Positions 19,985 through 29,901 of a DNA stretch of 64,000 bases are shown here, one piece after another (within the stretch, counting starts at the first letter, position 1; each line of letters opens with the position of its first letter). The notes under the pieces are model-generated. The model made no database searches, was not told where the DNA came from, and saw nothing but the letters and a program-made list of their open reading frames with translations. The position numbers and the translations under genes are program-made. Origin of the DNA: an uncultured Algibacter sp. Lineage in GTDB: Bacteria; Bacteroidota; Bacteroidia; Flavobacteriales; Flavobacteriaceae. The stretch lies in assembly GCF_963976535.1 (NCBI RefSeq), contig NZ_CAXBLF010000008.1, positions 1,922 through 65,921 on the forward strand, in the 5' to 3' direction.

Positions 19985-20653
19985 ATGCTATCATTTTTCA
20001 AAGCGTATAAAAAATTTGCCATTGTTTTTGGTGTGATATCGATAATAATAATTGCCATTATTTATAACACATTAAACGTTTACCAACCGCTTCCTATCTA
20101 CCAACCCGCAATGGTAAGCACAGAACTTGTTGACAGCACCATTCAGCATCAAAAAAAATATCATAAAATAGCCGATTTTAGTCTCACTAATCAAAATGGT
20201 AAAACGATTACTCAAAACAATTATAAAAATAAAATATTTGTTGCCGATTTCTTTTTTACAACCTGCCAAACTATTTGCCCTATTATGACAAATCATATGG
20301 TTGAAATTCAAAAAGAAATTGTGAATGACCCCGATGTTATGTTATTATCACACTCAGTAACTCCTGAAATTGATACAGTTGCTCAATTAAAACGTTATGC
20401 AGAGGAAAAAGGGGTTAATGATAAAAAATGGAATTTAGTTACTGGTAACAAAAAAGAAATCTACAAACTGGCGCGTAAAAGCTATTTAGCGGTAAAAGAC
20501 AATGGCGATGGTGGTCCTTTTGATATGGTGCATACCGAGAACTTTATGTTGATTGACAAGAAACGCCAAATAAGAGGGTTCTACGATGGTACAAATCCGA
20601 AGGATATTGATAGGCTTCTTGAAGATATTAGAATTTTGAAAGAAGAAAAATAA
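19985..20653 (+). CDS. SCO1/SenC family protein
   Basis: FFFTTCQTICP (CxxxC) and VHTENFMLID. Confidence 0.92.
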   Translation: MLSFFKAYKKFAIVFGVISIIIIAIIYNTLNVYQPLPIYQPAMVSTELVDSTIQHQKKYHKIADFSLTNQNGKTITQNNYKNKIFVADFFFTTCQTICPIMTNHMVEIQKEIVNDPDVMLLSHSVTPEIDTVAQLKRYAEEKGVNDKKWNLVTGNKKEIYKLARKSYLAVKDNGDGGPFDMVHTENFMLIDKKRQIRGFYDGTNPKDIDRLLEDIRILKEEK

Positions 20654-20749
20654 AAGAAGTTTTTGTTAAGTTGGTTGTTGTTAAATTGAAAACTCCGACT
20701 ATGACTGAAAACTGCAACTGAAAACTTTTTTACTTCTAAACTTTTACAC

Positions 20750-20781
20750 TACTTTTGCTTCTTTAAAATCAATCTAAATAA
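20750..20781 (+). promoter_or_regulatory. -7 element (TACTTTTG) followed by a Fur-like 23-bp operator
   Basis: ttctttaaaatcaatctaaataa (20759-20781); reverse complement differs at 2 of 23 positions from the 61473-61495 site; lies directly before feoA. Confidence 0.65.
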
Positions 20782-20783
20782 GC

Positions 20784-21020
20784 TTGCAAGATACTTTAGC
20801 ACATTTAAAACGCGGGGAACGCGCCATTATTACTGATGTTTCGTCTATTCATATCCCATTAAAATTACTTGAAATGGGTTGTTTACCTGGTAATTCAGTA
20901 GAGCTTGTTCAAGTAGCTCCTTTTCAAGACCCTATGTATTTAAACATAAATGGATCGCATTTAGCTATTAGAAAAGAAACGGCTTCTCATATTTTAATTG
21001 AAAAAGTAGCGCATGAGTAA
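20784..21020 (+). CDS. feoA: Ferrous iron transport protein A
   Basis: KLLEMGCLPG...APFQDP...LAIRKE; TTG start. Confidence 0.92.
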   Translation: MQDTLAHLKRGERAIITDVSSIHIPLKLLEMGCLPGNSVELVQVAPFQDPMYLNINGSHLAIRKETASHILIEKVAHE

Positions 21021-23112
21021 ACAGATAAATGTAGCGCTGATTGGCAACCCAAATACCGGAAAAACCTCTGTATTTAATGCGCTTACGGGTTTAAGCCAAA
21101 AAGTTGGAAACTATCCAGGTATTACCGTTGAAAAAAAACAGGGTATCTGCAAACTACCTCGTGGTGTAAAAGCACATATTATTGATTTACCAGGAACTTA
21201 TAGTTTAAACGCATCATCATTGGATGAAAATGTGGTTATTGAGCTTTTACTCAATAAGAATGATAAAGACTTTCCGGATATTGCTGTAGTTGTTACAGAT
21301 GTTGAAAATTTAAAACGAAATCTTTTACTCTTTACTCAAATTAAAGACTTAGAAATACCTACCATTTTGGTTATCAATATGTCTGACCGTATGGGTTACA
21401 AAGGTATTTCTTTAGATATTGATTATTTAGAAGATAAATTAAATACTAAAATAGCGCTTGTTAGTACTAGAAAAAATGAAGGTATTGATAAATTAAAACA
21501 GCTTATTTCAAATTATAAAGATGTCTCTGTTGCCCCTTGTATTGATACTACGCAAATAGATGTTGATTACTTCGGGAATTTAAAAAAGGCATTTCCAAAC
21601 CAATTATTATACAAACTTTGGTTAGTTATTACTCAAGATGTAAACTTTGGGAAAACCGATAGAAACGAAATTGACCCGGTTGCCGATTTTAAAACAAAAA
21701 GTAAAGCCGATTTAAAACGTTTACAGCAAAGGGAAACTATTAAGCGCTATCAGTTTATCAATAATGCGCTGGATAAAGGGCAAACTATAGACCTAAGTCA
21801 AGCTAAAGATTTACGCATAAGGCTTGATAGAATTTTAACGCATAAAGTGTGGGGCTATGTTATTTTCGGAATCATTTTGCTTACCATATTCCAAGCTATT
21901 TACGATTGGTCTAGCGTGCCCATGGATTTTATTGATGGCTTGTTTGCTTCCTTTAGCGAATGGACAAAAAACCAATTGCCACAAGGTGCATTTACTAGTC
22001 TTTTAGCCGAAGGCATTATACCTGGCTTAGGTGGTATTGTGATTTTTATTCCGCAAATTGCTTTTCTGTTTTTATTTATTGCTGTGCTTGAAGAAAGTGG
22101 TTATATGAGTCGTGTTGTCTTTTTAATGGATAGAATTATGAGACGTTTTGGCCTTAGTGGAAAAAGTGTTGTGCCTCTTATTTCTGGAACCGCTTGTGCC
22201 ATTCCAGCAATTATGGCAACTCGTAATATTGAAAGCTGGAAAGAACGATTAATCACCATTTTAGTAACGCCTTTTATAACCTGTTCTGCAAGATTGCCTG
22301 TATATCTTATTATCATTGCTTTGGTAATTCCAGAGGGGCGTATTTTAGGATTAAGTTACCAAGCGTTAACGTTAATGTTACTATACCTTATTGGGTTTGG
22401 AACCGCAATTGTTTCGGCTTATATTCTTAACAAGATTTTAAAAATAAAAAGTAAAACGTTTTTTGTAATTGAAATGCCTAATTATAAATTACCCCTTTTT
22501 AAAAATGTTGTCCTTACAGTAATAGAAAAAACAAAGGCTTTTATTTTTGGAGCTGGTAAAATAATTTTAGCCATATCTATTATTCTATGGTTTTTAGCAT
22601 CTTACGGTCCGGGAGAGCAATTTAATGATGCTGAAAATATTGTTAAAACGGAATATGCATCACAACATTTAAATGACGAAGAACTGCAACAAAAAATAGC
22701 ATCGTATAAACTAGAACATTCATTTATTGGTATTGCGGGTCATGCTATAGAGCCTGCTATAAGACCTTTGGGTTACGACTGGAAAATTGGTATTGCCATA
22801 GTAAGTAGTTTTGCTGCGCGTGAAGTTTTTGTGGGGACTCTAGCAACCATCTACAGTGTTGGTAGCGACCAAGAAGAAACCATAAAAAACAGAATGGCAG
22901 GTGAAGTTAACCCTGTTTTAGGGGGGCCGTTATTTACGTTCGCCTCTGGAATATCATTACTTTTATTTTATGCCTTTGCCATGCAATGTATGAGTACCCT
23001 AGCCATAGTAAAAAGAGAAACCAATTCATGGAAATGGCCTATCTTACAACTCGTTATAATGACAGGTTTTGCGTATATTGTTGCTTTAATTGCATTTCAA
23101 TTATTGAAATGA
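21013..23112 (+). CDS. feoB: Ferrous iron transport protein B
   Basis: GNPNTGKT, NYPGITVE, DLPGTYSL G-domain plus membrane domain. Confidence 0.97.
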   Translation: MSKQINVALIGNPNTGKTSVFNALTGLSQKVGNYPGITVEKKQGICKLPRGVKAHIIDLPGTYSLNASSLDENVVIELLLNKNDKDFPDIAVVVTDVENLKRNLLLFTQIKDLEIPTILVINMSDRMGYKGISLDIDYLEDKLNTKIALVSTRKNEGIDKLKQLISNYKDVSVAPCIDTTQIDVDYFGNLKKAFPNQLLYKLWLVITQDVNFGKTDRNEIDPVADFKTKSKADLKRLQQRETIKRYQFINNALDKGQTIDLSQAKDLRIRLDRILTHKVWGYVIFGIILLTIFQAIYDWSSVPMDFIDGLFASFSEWTKNQLPQGAFTSLLAEGIIPGLGGIVIFIPQIAFLFLFIAVLEESGYMSRVVFLMDRIMRRFGLSGKSVVPLISGTACAIPAIMATRNIESWKERLITILVTPFITCSARLPVYLIIIALVIPEGRILGLSYQALTLMLLYLIGFGTAIVSAYILNKILKIKSKTFFVIEMPNYKLPLFKNVVLTVIEKTKAFIFGAGKIILAISIILWFLASYGPGEQFNDAENIVKTEYASQHLNDEELQQKIASYKLEHSFIGIAGHAIEPAIRPLGYDWKIGIAIVSSFAAREVFVGTLATIYSVGSDQEETIKNRMAGEVNPVLGGPLFTFASGISLLLFYAFAMQCMSTLAIVKRETNSWKWPILQLVIMTGFAYIVALIAFQLLK

Positions 23113-23139
23113 TACTGAAATAGATTCGACTACTTAATT

Positions 23140-23277
23140 ATGAATAACATCATCCAAAACATACTAGCCATTACGGCAATTGCTTTAGCCATGGCTTTTT
23201 TGATTAAAAAATTCTTCTGGAAAAAATCAAAATCTAAAAAATCTTGTGGTGGAGATGATGGGTGTGGATGCTCTTAA
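23140..23277 (+). CDS. FeoB-associated Cys-rich membrane protein (45 aa)
   Basis: MNNIIQNILAITAIALAMAFLIKKFFWKKSKSKKSCGGDDGCGCS directly after feoB; below the ORF-track length cutoff. Confidence 0.88.
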   Translation: MNNIIQNILAITAIALAMAFLIKKFFWKKSKSKKSCGGDDGCGCS

Positions 23278-23699
23278 AACTTTGTATCCAACAGAAGATA
23301 ATATTCGTTAGATTTAGGTTTATTATTTGCATTAGGATAAGGCAAAACATTTAAAACAGACAAAGACAATTTCTCTGAAAAAAATAAGTTCCCAATTCTA
23401 TTTTACAGCTCTATTTTAGGATTTAAAGTAATTTTTTTTCGTTCAACTTTTTTACCATCCTCATACAAATCTACTAAAACAACAACCTCGCCTGCCCAAA
23501 TACAATTTACCCCTTTAGGGCAACGTGAATCTTGTAAAACATCAATGAATTCAATTTTAAAGTGCTCAACAACAATAGATTTCCCTAAATAGACTTTACT
23601 TGTTATTATTGGTGTTTCAACTTTTTTTCCTTTTGTAGAATCTTGCGAAAAAGAAAAACTAGTCATAAAAATTACTATTAATAAAATACTGCGGTTCAT
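23274..23699 (-). pseudogene. Exported DSRCP..V.C.WAG-motif protein interrupted by an in-frame TAA at 23403-23405
   Basis: Frame continues NRIGNLFFSEKLSLSVLNVLPYPNANNKPKSNEYYLLLDTKF* for 43 codons past the stop. Confidence 0.65.
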
Positions 23700-23866
23700 T
23701 GGCTTTGTTTATATATCTTATGCTTAAATCATGCCAAAACAGTAAATCCTTTAGTTATTTGAAATGAATATACTCAGAAAGTATCTCGTTTCTTAATTAA
23801 TTTTTATTCTACTCAATTAGTTTTTTTACTTTAAAACTAATGTTTTCTTTTTTTTAGCTACATTTG

Positions 23867-23897
23867 AAAAATATTTAAGCTTACTTAAAAATATTTT
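23867..23897. promoter_or_regulatory. Candidate DtxR/MntR-type operator
   Basis: aaaatatttaagcttacttaaaaatatttt imperfect palindrome (TTTAAG-N4-CTTAAA core) 12 nt before the regulator ATG. Confidence 0.55.
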
Positions 23898-23909
23898 AAA
23901 GCGCAACGT

Positions 23910-24569
23910 ATGTCGATAGCTGTAGAGAATTTTGTGAAAGCCATTTACAAAAATGGAAAACGCGATAATAATGATACCAAACCAGGTAACATTGCTAAAG
24001 AATTAGGAATATCAAATGCTGCAGCTACTGATATGGCTAAAAAATTAGCCGTCAAAGATTTATTGCACTATGAAAAATACCAAGAGCTAAAACTTACGGA
24101 TAAAGGCACCAAAATGGCATTGAATGTTGTTAGAAAACATCGCCTTTGGGAAGCTTTATTATTCAAACTTTTTGATTTATCACTTCATGACATTCATCGC
24201 GAAGCCGAATTATTAGAGCATCAAACGTCCGATTTAATAGCTAATAAAATAAGTGAATACCTAGGCAATCCAAAGTTTGACCCGCATGGTGACCCAATTC
24301 CAAATGCTGATGGAGAAATCACTACAATCGATACCTCTATTTCCTTATCAAACGCAGAAGAAGGTAAAACTTATATCATTTCCAGATTAATGAGTGATGA
24401 TAAAGAGTTTTTCGATTTCTGTGGGCAACATGGCTTAAAATATGGCAACACTGTTTTAGTATCAAAACAATTCAGTAAAAATAAAATGACTCAAATCTTA
24501 ATAAACAATAACACCATTCTTTTAAACGAAGATTTTACATCAATCATTTACGTTAATGAACAAGATTAA
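23910..24569 (+). CDS. DtxR/MntR family metal-dependent repressor
   Basis: ENFVKAIY, RKHRLWEALL, EAELLEH, DPHGDPIP, FeoA-like C-terminal domain. Confidence 0.93.
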   Translation: MSIAVENFVKAIYKNGKRDNNDTKPGNIAKELGISNAAATDMAKKLAVKDLLHYEKYQELKLTDKGTKMALNVVRKHRLWEALLFKLFDLSLHDIHREAELLEHQTSDLIANKISEYLGNPKFDPHGDPIPNADGEITTIDTSISLSNAEEGKTYIISRLMSDDKEFFDFCGQHGLKYGNTVLVSKQFSKNKMTQILINNNTILLNEDFTSIIYVNEQD

Positions 24570-25347
24570 ATACATAACTCCAGTATTGCTTTTCACAGCA
24601 TCACTTTCAAGTTTTTCGCAAGAAGATGACAATTCCTTGGGCGCTTTGATTACAGATAGACCAGACGCCACTGAATCGCCTTCTACTATCCCTGTTGGTT
24701 ATATTCAAGTGGAAACAGGTGCGTTTTATGAAAGTTTTGAAGATAATAATATTAAGAATGAAACCTACACTTATAATACTACACTTGTTAGATTAGGATT
24801 ATTAGACTACTTAGAACTTCGTATAGGCTGGGATTTTGTAGAAAGTAAATTTAATGGATTTGATGATGATTTAAGCGGTTTCAACCCACTCTTACTCGGT
24901 GCTAAAATTGCTATTTCAGAAGAAAAAGGTTGTATCCCAGAAATTGGTTTTTTAAGTCATCTTTACCTCCCATTCACTGCAGGAAACGACTATAAACCAG
25001 AAAACACAGCTGTTGATTTTCGTTTTTCATTTGCCCATACTTTAAATGAAAAATCTAGCTTATCATACAATTTGGGAGCACAGTTGGGAGATGATTCTCC
25101 AGAAGCTGCATATGTTTATACTTTATCTTACGGACATGGCATAACAGATAAACTAGGAGCCTATGTAGAATTATATGGCGACTTACCAGAAAACAATAAA
25201 GCCAACCATCTTTGGGATGCGGGTTTTACTTATTTGCTTTCTAATAATGTGCAATTAGATGCCACAATGGGTTCAAGCATCACAAAAGGACAAGATATTT
25301 TATTAAGCGGAGGCATTAGCTTCAGGTTACCTACTAAAAAGAATTAA
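24556..25347 (+). CDS. Outer-membrane beta-barrel 'transporter' (MetA-pathway/PF13557-like)
   Basis: Signal peptide, TDRPDATESP, NNVQLDATMG. Confidence 0.8.
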   Translation: MNKIKYITPVLLFTASLSSFSQEDDNSLGALITDRPDATESPSTIPVGYIQVETGAFYESFEDNNIKNETYTYNTTLVRLGLLDYLELRIGWDFVESKFNGFDDDLSGFNPLLLGAKIAISEEKGCIPEIGFLSHLYLPFTAGNDYKPENTAVDFRFSFAHTLNEKSSLSYNLGAQLGDDSPEAAYVYTLSYGHGITDKLGAYVELYGDLPENNKANHLWDAGFTYLLSNNVQLDATMGSSITKGQDILLSGGISFRLPTKKN

Positions 25348-25348
25348 A

Positions 25349-26254
25349 ATGAAAAAATCAATATTAATATTAATCATAACCTTAGCCTTTTTCAATTGTA
25401 AAAACGAAAAAAAGACTAATGGTAAATTAAACATAGTCACCACCACAACTATGATAACCGATTTGGTGAAAAACGTTGGTGGTGCGCATATCAACTTACA
25501 AGGCTTAATGGGTAGTGGCGTAGATCCACATTTATACAAAGCCAGTGAAGGTGATGTCACAAAATTATCAGACGCCGATATCATTTTTTACAACGGATTG
25601 CACTTAGAAGGCAAATTAGTTGAAGTTTTCGAAAAAATGAAGAACATAAAAACTATTGCAGTTTCTGATGCTTTGGATGAAAAGACCTTAATAGGTTCAG
25701 AATATTTTGCATCCAATTACGATCCGCATATTTGGTTTGATCTCGACTATTGGAAACTAGCTACACAGTTTGTGGTTAAAACACTTTCAGAAGCTATTCC
25801 AAATCAAAAAGCAACATTTCAAGCAAACGGTAAAACATATATCGAGCAACTAAATACGCTACAAACCAAATTAAAAACCACGATTAGCACCCTTCCAAAA
25901 GAACAACGTATTTTGGTAACAGCGCATGATGCTTTTAACTATTTTGGAAAAGCTTTCGATTTTGAAGTTGTTGGTTTGCAAGGGTTATCAACAGCCACAG
26001 AGGCTGGTGTTCAAGATGTTCAAAAATTAGCGGCTTTCATTATAGAAAACAATGTAAAAGCTATTTTTGTAGAAAGCTCAGTGCCAAAGCGTACCATAGA
26101 AGCATTGCAGGCCGCTGTAAAATCGAAAAACCACGACGTAATCATTGGCGGAACGTTATATTCAGATGCCCTTGGTAACGCAGGTAGTATAGAAGGGACA
26201 TATATTGGCATGTTCGAGTATAATGTGAATACCATTGTGAATGCTTTAAAATAA
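25349..26254 (+). CDS. Mn/Zn ABC transporter substrate-binding lipoprotein (TroA/MntA-like)
   Basis: Lipobox FFNC, VDPHLY, DPHIWFD, TAHDAFNY, SDALG. Confidence 0.93.
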   Translation: MKKSILILIITLAFFNCKNEKKTNGKLNIVTTTTMITDLVKNVGGAHINLQGLMGSGVDPHLYKASEGDVTKLSDADIIFYNGLHLEGKLVEVFEKMKNIKTIAVSDALDEKTLIGSEYFASNYDPHIWFDLDYWKLATQFVVKTLSEAIPNQKATFQANGKTYIEQLNTLQTKLKTTISTLPKEQRILVTAHDAFNYFGKAFDFEVVGLQGLSTATEAGVQDVQKLAAFIIENNVKAIFVESSVPKRTIEALQAAVKSKNHDVIIGGTLYSDALGNAGSIEGTYIGMFEYNVNTIVNALK

Positions 26255-26318
26255 GTTAGCAGTATGCAGTTGCAGTTTGCAGTGCTTACTCTTAAGAATA
26301 AAAAATGAAAGTAAAATG

Positions 26319-26466
26319 ATTTGAAGCTATTCCTGCTATCCGCTGTATCTTTCTTGTGCTGAACTTGTTTCAGTATCTCATCAAGTGATTTGAATACAAG
26401 ATAGTACAAGTTTTAAATAAAATTTTGGAGTTGGCACAAAAAAGTATGCCGCTTCTATCAGGGCTA
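26319..26466 (-). repeat. Dispersed structured repeat (GATAGAAGCGGCAT...AAAGATACAGCGGATAG family) with a nested gtgctgaacttgtttcagtat palindrome
   Basis: Reverse-complement arms match 48053-48070 and 48162-48178. Confidence 0.65.
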
Positions 26467-26516
26467 GATTATCAGCCAAGGTCAGGTTTAAAGCAGACAA
26501 TTAGTGATAAACCTGC

Positions 26517-26551
26517 GAATAGAGAATAGAGAATAGAGAATAGAGAATAGA
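26517..26551 (+). repeat. Heptamer tandem repeat (GAATAGA)x5
   Basis: Five exact copies. Confidence 0.95.
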
Positions 26552-26594
26552 GGAATTAAAAAAATCCTCGGCTTGAACTTGATTTTTTGGTTCG

Positions 26595-26612
26595 TCCCGA
26601 TAGCTATCGGGA
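26595..26612. repeat. 18-bp palindrome TCCCGATAGCTATCGGGA
   Basis: Exact copy of 11918-11935. Confidence 0.9.
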
Positions 26613-26633
26613 TGAACAAATAAAGAAATAGAT

Positions 26634-27413
26634 ATGACTATTAAAGTAAATAAAAACCCAGAAGAGATTCCTGCCTCCACAGGAAGAATCGCCGTTAAAG
26701 TAGACGATTTAACAGTAGCCTACAACTATAAACCAGTACTTTGGGATATCGATTTAGAAATTCCAGAAGGCGTACTTATGGCCATTGTAGGTCCAAATGG
26801 CGCTGGAAAATCAACCCTTATAAAATCCATCTTAGGTATATTAAAACCCATTGCAGGTAGCGTTACGATCTATGACAAACCTTATGAAAAACAACGCTCA
26901 TTGGTCGCCTATGTCCCACAAAAAGGAAGTGTGGACTGGGATTTCCCAACAACAGCATTAGATGTTGTAATGATGGGGACTTACGGTAGCTTAGGCTGGA
27001 TAAAACGCCCTGGGCAAAAAGAAAAGAAAGCAGCCTTAGAAGCTTTAGAGAAAGTAGGGATGCTTGCTTTTAAAGGCAGACAAATAAGTCAGTTATCTGG
27101 CGGGCAACAGCAGCGTATTTTCCTAGCACGAGCATTGGTACAAAACGCCTCAATTTATTTTATGGATGAACCTTTTCAAGGAGTTGACGCAACAACCGAA
27201 ATAGCCATAATCAACATTCTAAAAGAACTCAGAAAAGCAGGAAAAACAGTCATTGTAGTACATCACGATTTACAAACTGTTCCAGAGTATTTTGATTGGG
27301 TAACCTTTCTAAACGTAAAAAAGATTGCTACAGGACCGGTTAAAGATATCTTCAATGATGATAACTTAACAAAAACCTACGGTATTAACTATAAAGTAAG
27401 TGTCCAAGAGTAG
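26634..27413 (+). CDS. Mn/Zn ABC transporter ATP-binding protein
   Basis: [25 protein letters not shown]. Confidence 0.95.
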   Translation: MTIKVNKNPEEIPASTGRIAVKVDDLTVAYNYKPVLWDIDLEIPEGVLMAIVGPNGAGKSTLIKSILGILKPIAGSVTIYDKPYEKQRSLVAYVPQKGSVDWDFPTTALDVVMMGTYGSLGWIKRPGQKEKKAALEALEKVGMLAFKGRQISQLSGGQQQRIFLARALVQNASIYFMDEPFQGVDATTEIAIINILKELRKAGKTVIVVHHDLQTVPEYFDWVTFLNVKKIATGPVKDIFNDDNLTKTYGINYKVSVQE

Positions 27414-27619
27414 ATTGAGTTTACAGTTGCAGTCACAGTAAACAGTGCTTACTCGAACTCTTAAAAAAAAACATGAATAGAAACTAAATTTATAATTTAT
27501 AAAATTCCTTTCCTATTTTAGGAAAGGTAGGTTTCAATTTCTTAAGAAATTGAAAGTCGGAAAGGTGATATTTTATAAACATATCTTTTCTCAACCACAT
27601 AAAAACGAAAAAATAATTA

Positions 27620-28747
27620 ATGGGCATAACCGAATACTTTTCATTAGTTTTCAGCGACTACACCCTAAGAACCATAACACTTGGTACTGCAATTTTAGGT
27701 GCAGTAACTGGTATGTTAGGAAGTTTCGCTGTTTTGCGTAAACAAAGTTTATTAGGCGATGCTATTTCACATGCGGCCTTACCCGGAATTGCCATTGCTT
27801 TTTTAATTACTGGTGCAAAAGATAGTAATATTTTATTGTTAGGTGCATTAGTTAGTGGACTCATTGGCACATTTTGGATTAGAGGTATCATCAGTAAAAC
27901 GCATTTAAAATCAGATACCGCCTTAGGTTTAATATTGTCTTTATTTTTTGGATTTGGAATGCTATTACTCACATTCATTCAAAAGCAACCTAATGCAAAT
28001 CAGGCGGGATTAGATAAATATTTATTCGGACAAGCAGCAACTTTATTAGAGCGTGATGTTTGGATGATGACCACAGTAACAGGCATTTGTTTATTTGTTT
28101 TACTTCTTTTTTGGAAAGAGTTTAAAATCCTATTATTCGATGCAGATTACACCAAAACCTTAGGCTTCAATACTAAATTTATAGATATTCTAATCACCAC
28201 CTTTATTGTCCTTGCCATTGTTTTAGGGTTACAAACCGTTGGTGTTGTGCTTATGAGCGCCATGTTATTAGCTCCTGCTGCTGCTGCAAGACAATGGACC
28301 AATAGCCTAAGTGTTATGGTCTTTTTAGCTGCCATTTTCGGAGCTTTTTCTGGGGTTTTCGGGACTGCCATTAGTGCAAGTCAAAATAACCTATCTACAG
28401 GACCGGTAATAGTTATTGTTGCGGGAGTTTTTGTATTAATATCGTTTATATTCTCTCCAAGTCGAGGTCTGCTTTTTAAACAAATCAGATTTATAAAAAA
28501 TCGTCGTGATTTAGAATTACACAAAACATTGGCATTCATGTTTCGAATAGCTGAGACACACGAAAATATTTCACATCCACATACCATTAAAATATTAAAT
28601 AATTTTCAAGGGTACACTAAAAGCACACTTCAAAAGCTAGTGCGGAAAAATTATGTGAAATTAGATGGTAACAATTGGAGTTTAACTGAGGAAGGTTTTA
28701 AAACCGCTTCGAATTTGTATAACCAACAAAACGAAAATAATGAGTAG
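27620..28747 (+). CDS. Mn/Zn ABC permease with a C-terminal winged-helix-like extension
   Basis: GDAISHAALPG; soluble tail ending in WSLTEEG. Confidence 0.92.
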   Translation: MGITEYFSLVFSDYTLRTITLGTAILGAVTGMLGSFAVLRKQSLLGDAISHAALPGIAIAFLITGAKDSNILLLGALVSGLIGTFWIRGIISKTHLKSDTALGLILSLFFGFGMLLLTFIQKQPNANQAGLDKYLFGQAATLLERDVWMMTTVTGICLFVLLLFWKEFKILLFDADYTKTLGFNTKFIDILITTFIVLAIVLGLQTVGVVLMSAMLLAPAAAARQWTNSLSVMVFLAAIFGAFSGVFGTAISASQNNLSTGPVIVIVAGVFVLISFIFSPSRGLLFKQIRFIKNRRDLELHKTLAFMFRIAETHENISHPHTIKILNNFQGYTKSTLQKLVRKNYVKLDGNNWSLTEEGFKTASNLYNQQNENNE

Positions 28748-29900
28748 TGCCCAAATAGAAATACAACTCATTGCCAGTATAGTAGCAATTGCTTGTGCTA
28801 TTCCTGGTACGTTTTTAGTGCTCCGGAAAATGGCTATGATTAGTGACGCTATTAGTCATTCTATTTTGCCAGGTATTGTTATTGGTTTTTTTATTACACA
28901 AGATTTAAACTCACCATTGCTCATTCTACTTGCAGCCCTAACTGGAATTATTACTGTTGTTTTGGTTGAGTATATTCAAAAAACGGGCTTAGTAAAAGAA
29001 GATACCGCCATTGGTTTAGTATTCCCTATTTTGTTTAGTATTGGCGTTATCATGATCGCCAAAAACGCGAATGATGTCCATTTAGATGTGGATGCTGTTT
29101 TATTAGGCGAATTAGCTTTTGCGCCGTTTGATAGACTTATCGTTTCTGGAGTTGATATCGGACCAAAATCTCTATGGGTTATTGGAAGCATCTTGATTAT
29201 TACTATTGGTTTATTATTTGCTTTTTTCAAAGAATTAAAAATAAGCACATTTGATGCTGGTTTAGCAGCCTCTTTAGGGTTTTCGCCTGCTGTTATTCAT
29301 TACGGACTCATGACTGTATCATCTGTTACTACTGTAGGTGCTTTTGACGCTGTAGGAGCTATTTTAGTTGTCGCTTTAATGATATCACCAGCAGCCACAG
29401 CTTATTTACTTACTAACCAATTAAAACGTATGCTTATTTACGCCATTTGTTTTGGCGTTTTCAGTGCAATTTCGGGCTATTGGCTAGCCCATTGGTTAGA
29501 CGCTTCAATAGCCGGGTCTATAACCACCATGTTAGGGTTACTGTTTTTAGCAGTGTACTTATTTGCCCCAAGCAAAGGTGTTATAGCTGTAATGTATCGC
29601 GAAAAGCAACAACGTACAGAAGTCTCTTTACTAACCTTTTTATTACATTTAAAAAACCATACTGAAGAAAGTGAACGTCACGTTAATCACCTCAACGAAC
29701 ATATTAATTGGCAAAAAGTACGTTCTAAAACGGTTTTAGATTTAGCTTTAAAAAACAACATGATTCAAATTGATAAAAACATTGTGTCTTTAACTGAAAA
29801 AGGCGAAGATTTCACATCGCAAGCTATCGATTATATTATTACTAATGAAGACAGCAAAATTGAACACATAAAAGATGATTTCTTTTTATTTAGAGGGTAA
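28740..29900 (+). CDS. Mn/Zn ABC permease 2 with a C-terminal extension
   Basis: SDAISHSILPG, AFDAVGAILVVALMI; tail ending in VSLTEKG. Confidence 0.92.
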   Translation: MSSAQIEIQLIASIVAIACAIPGTFLVLRKMAMISDAISHSILPGIVIGFFITQDLNSPLLILLAALTGIITVVLVEYIQKTGLVKEDTAIGLVFPILFSIGVIMIAKNANDVHLDVDAVLLGELAFAPFDRLIVSGVDIGPKSLWVIGSILIITIGLLFAFFKELKISTFDAGLAASLGFSPAVIHYGLMTVSSVTTVGAFDAVGAILVVALMISPAATAYLLTNQLKRMLIYAICFGVFSAISGYWLAHWLDASIAGSITTMLGLLFLAVYLFAPSKGVIAVMYREKQQRTEVSLLTFLLHLKNHTEESERHVNHLNEHINWQKVRSKTVLDLALKNNMIQIDKNIVSLTEKGEDFTSQAIDYIITNEDSKIEHIKDDFFLFRG

Positions 29901-29901
29901 T

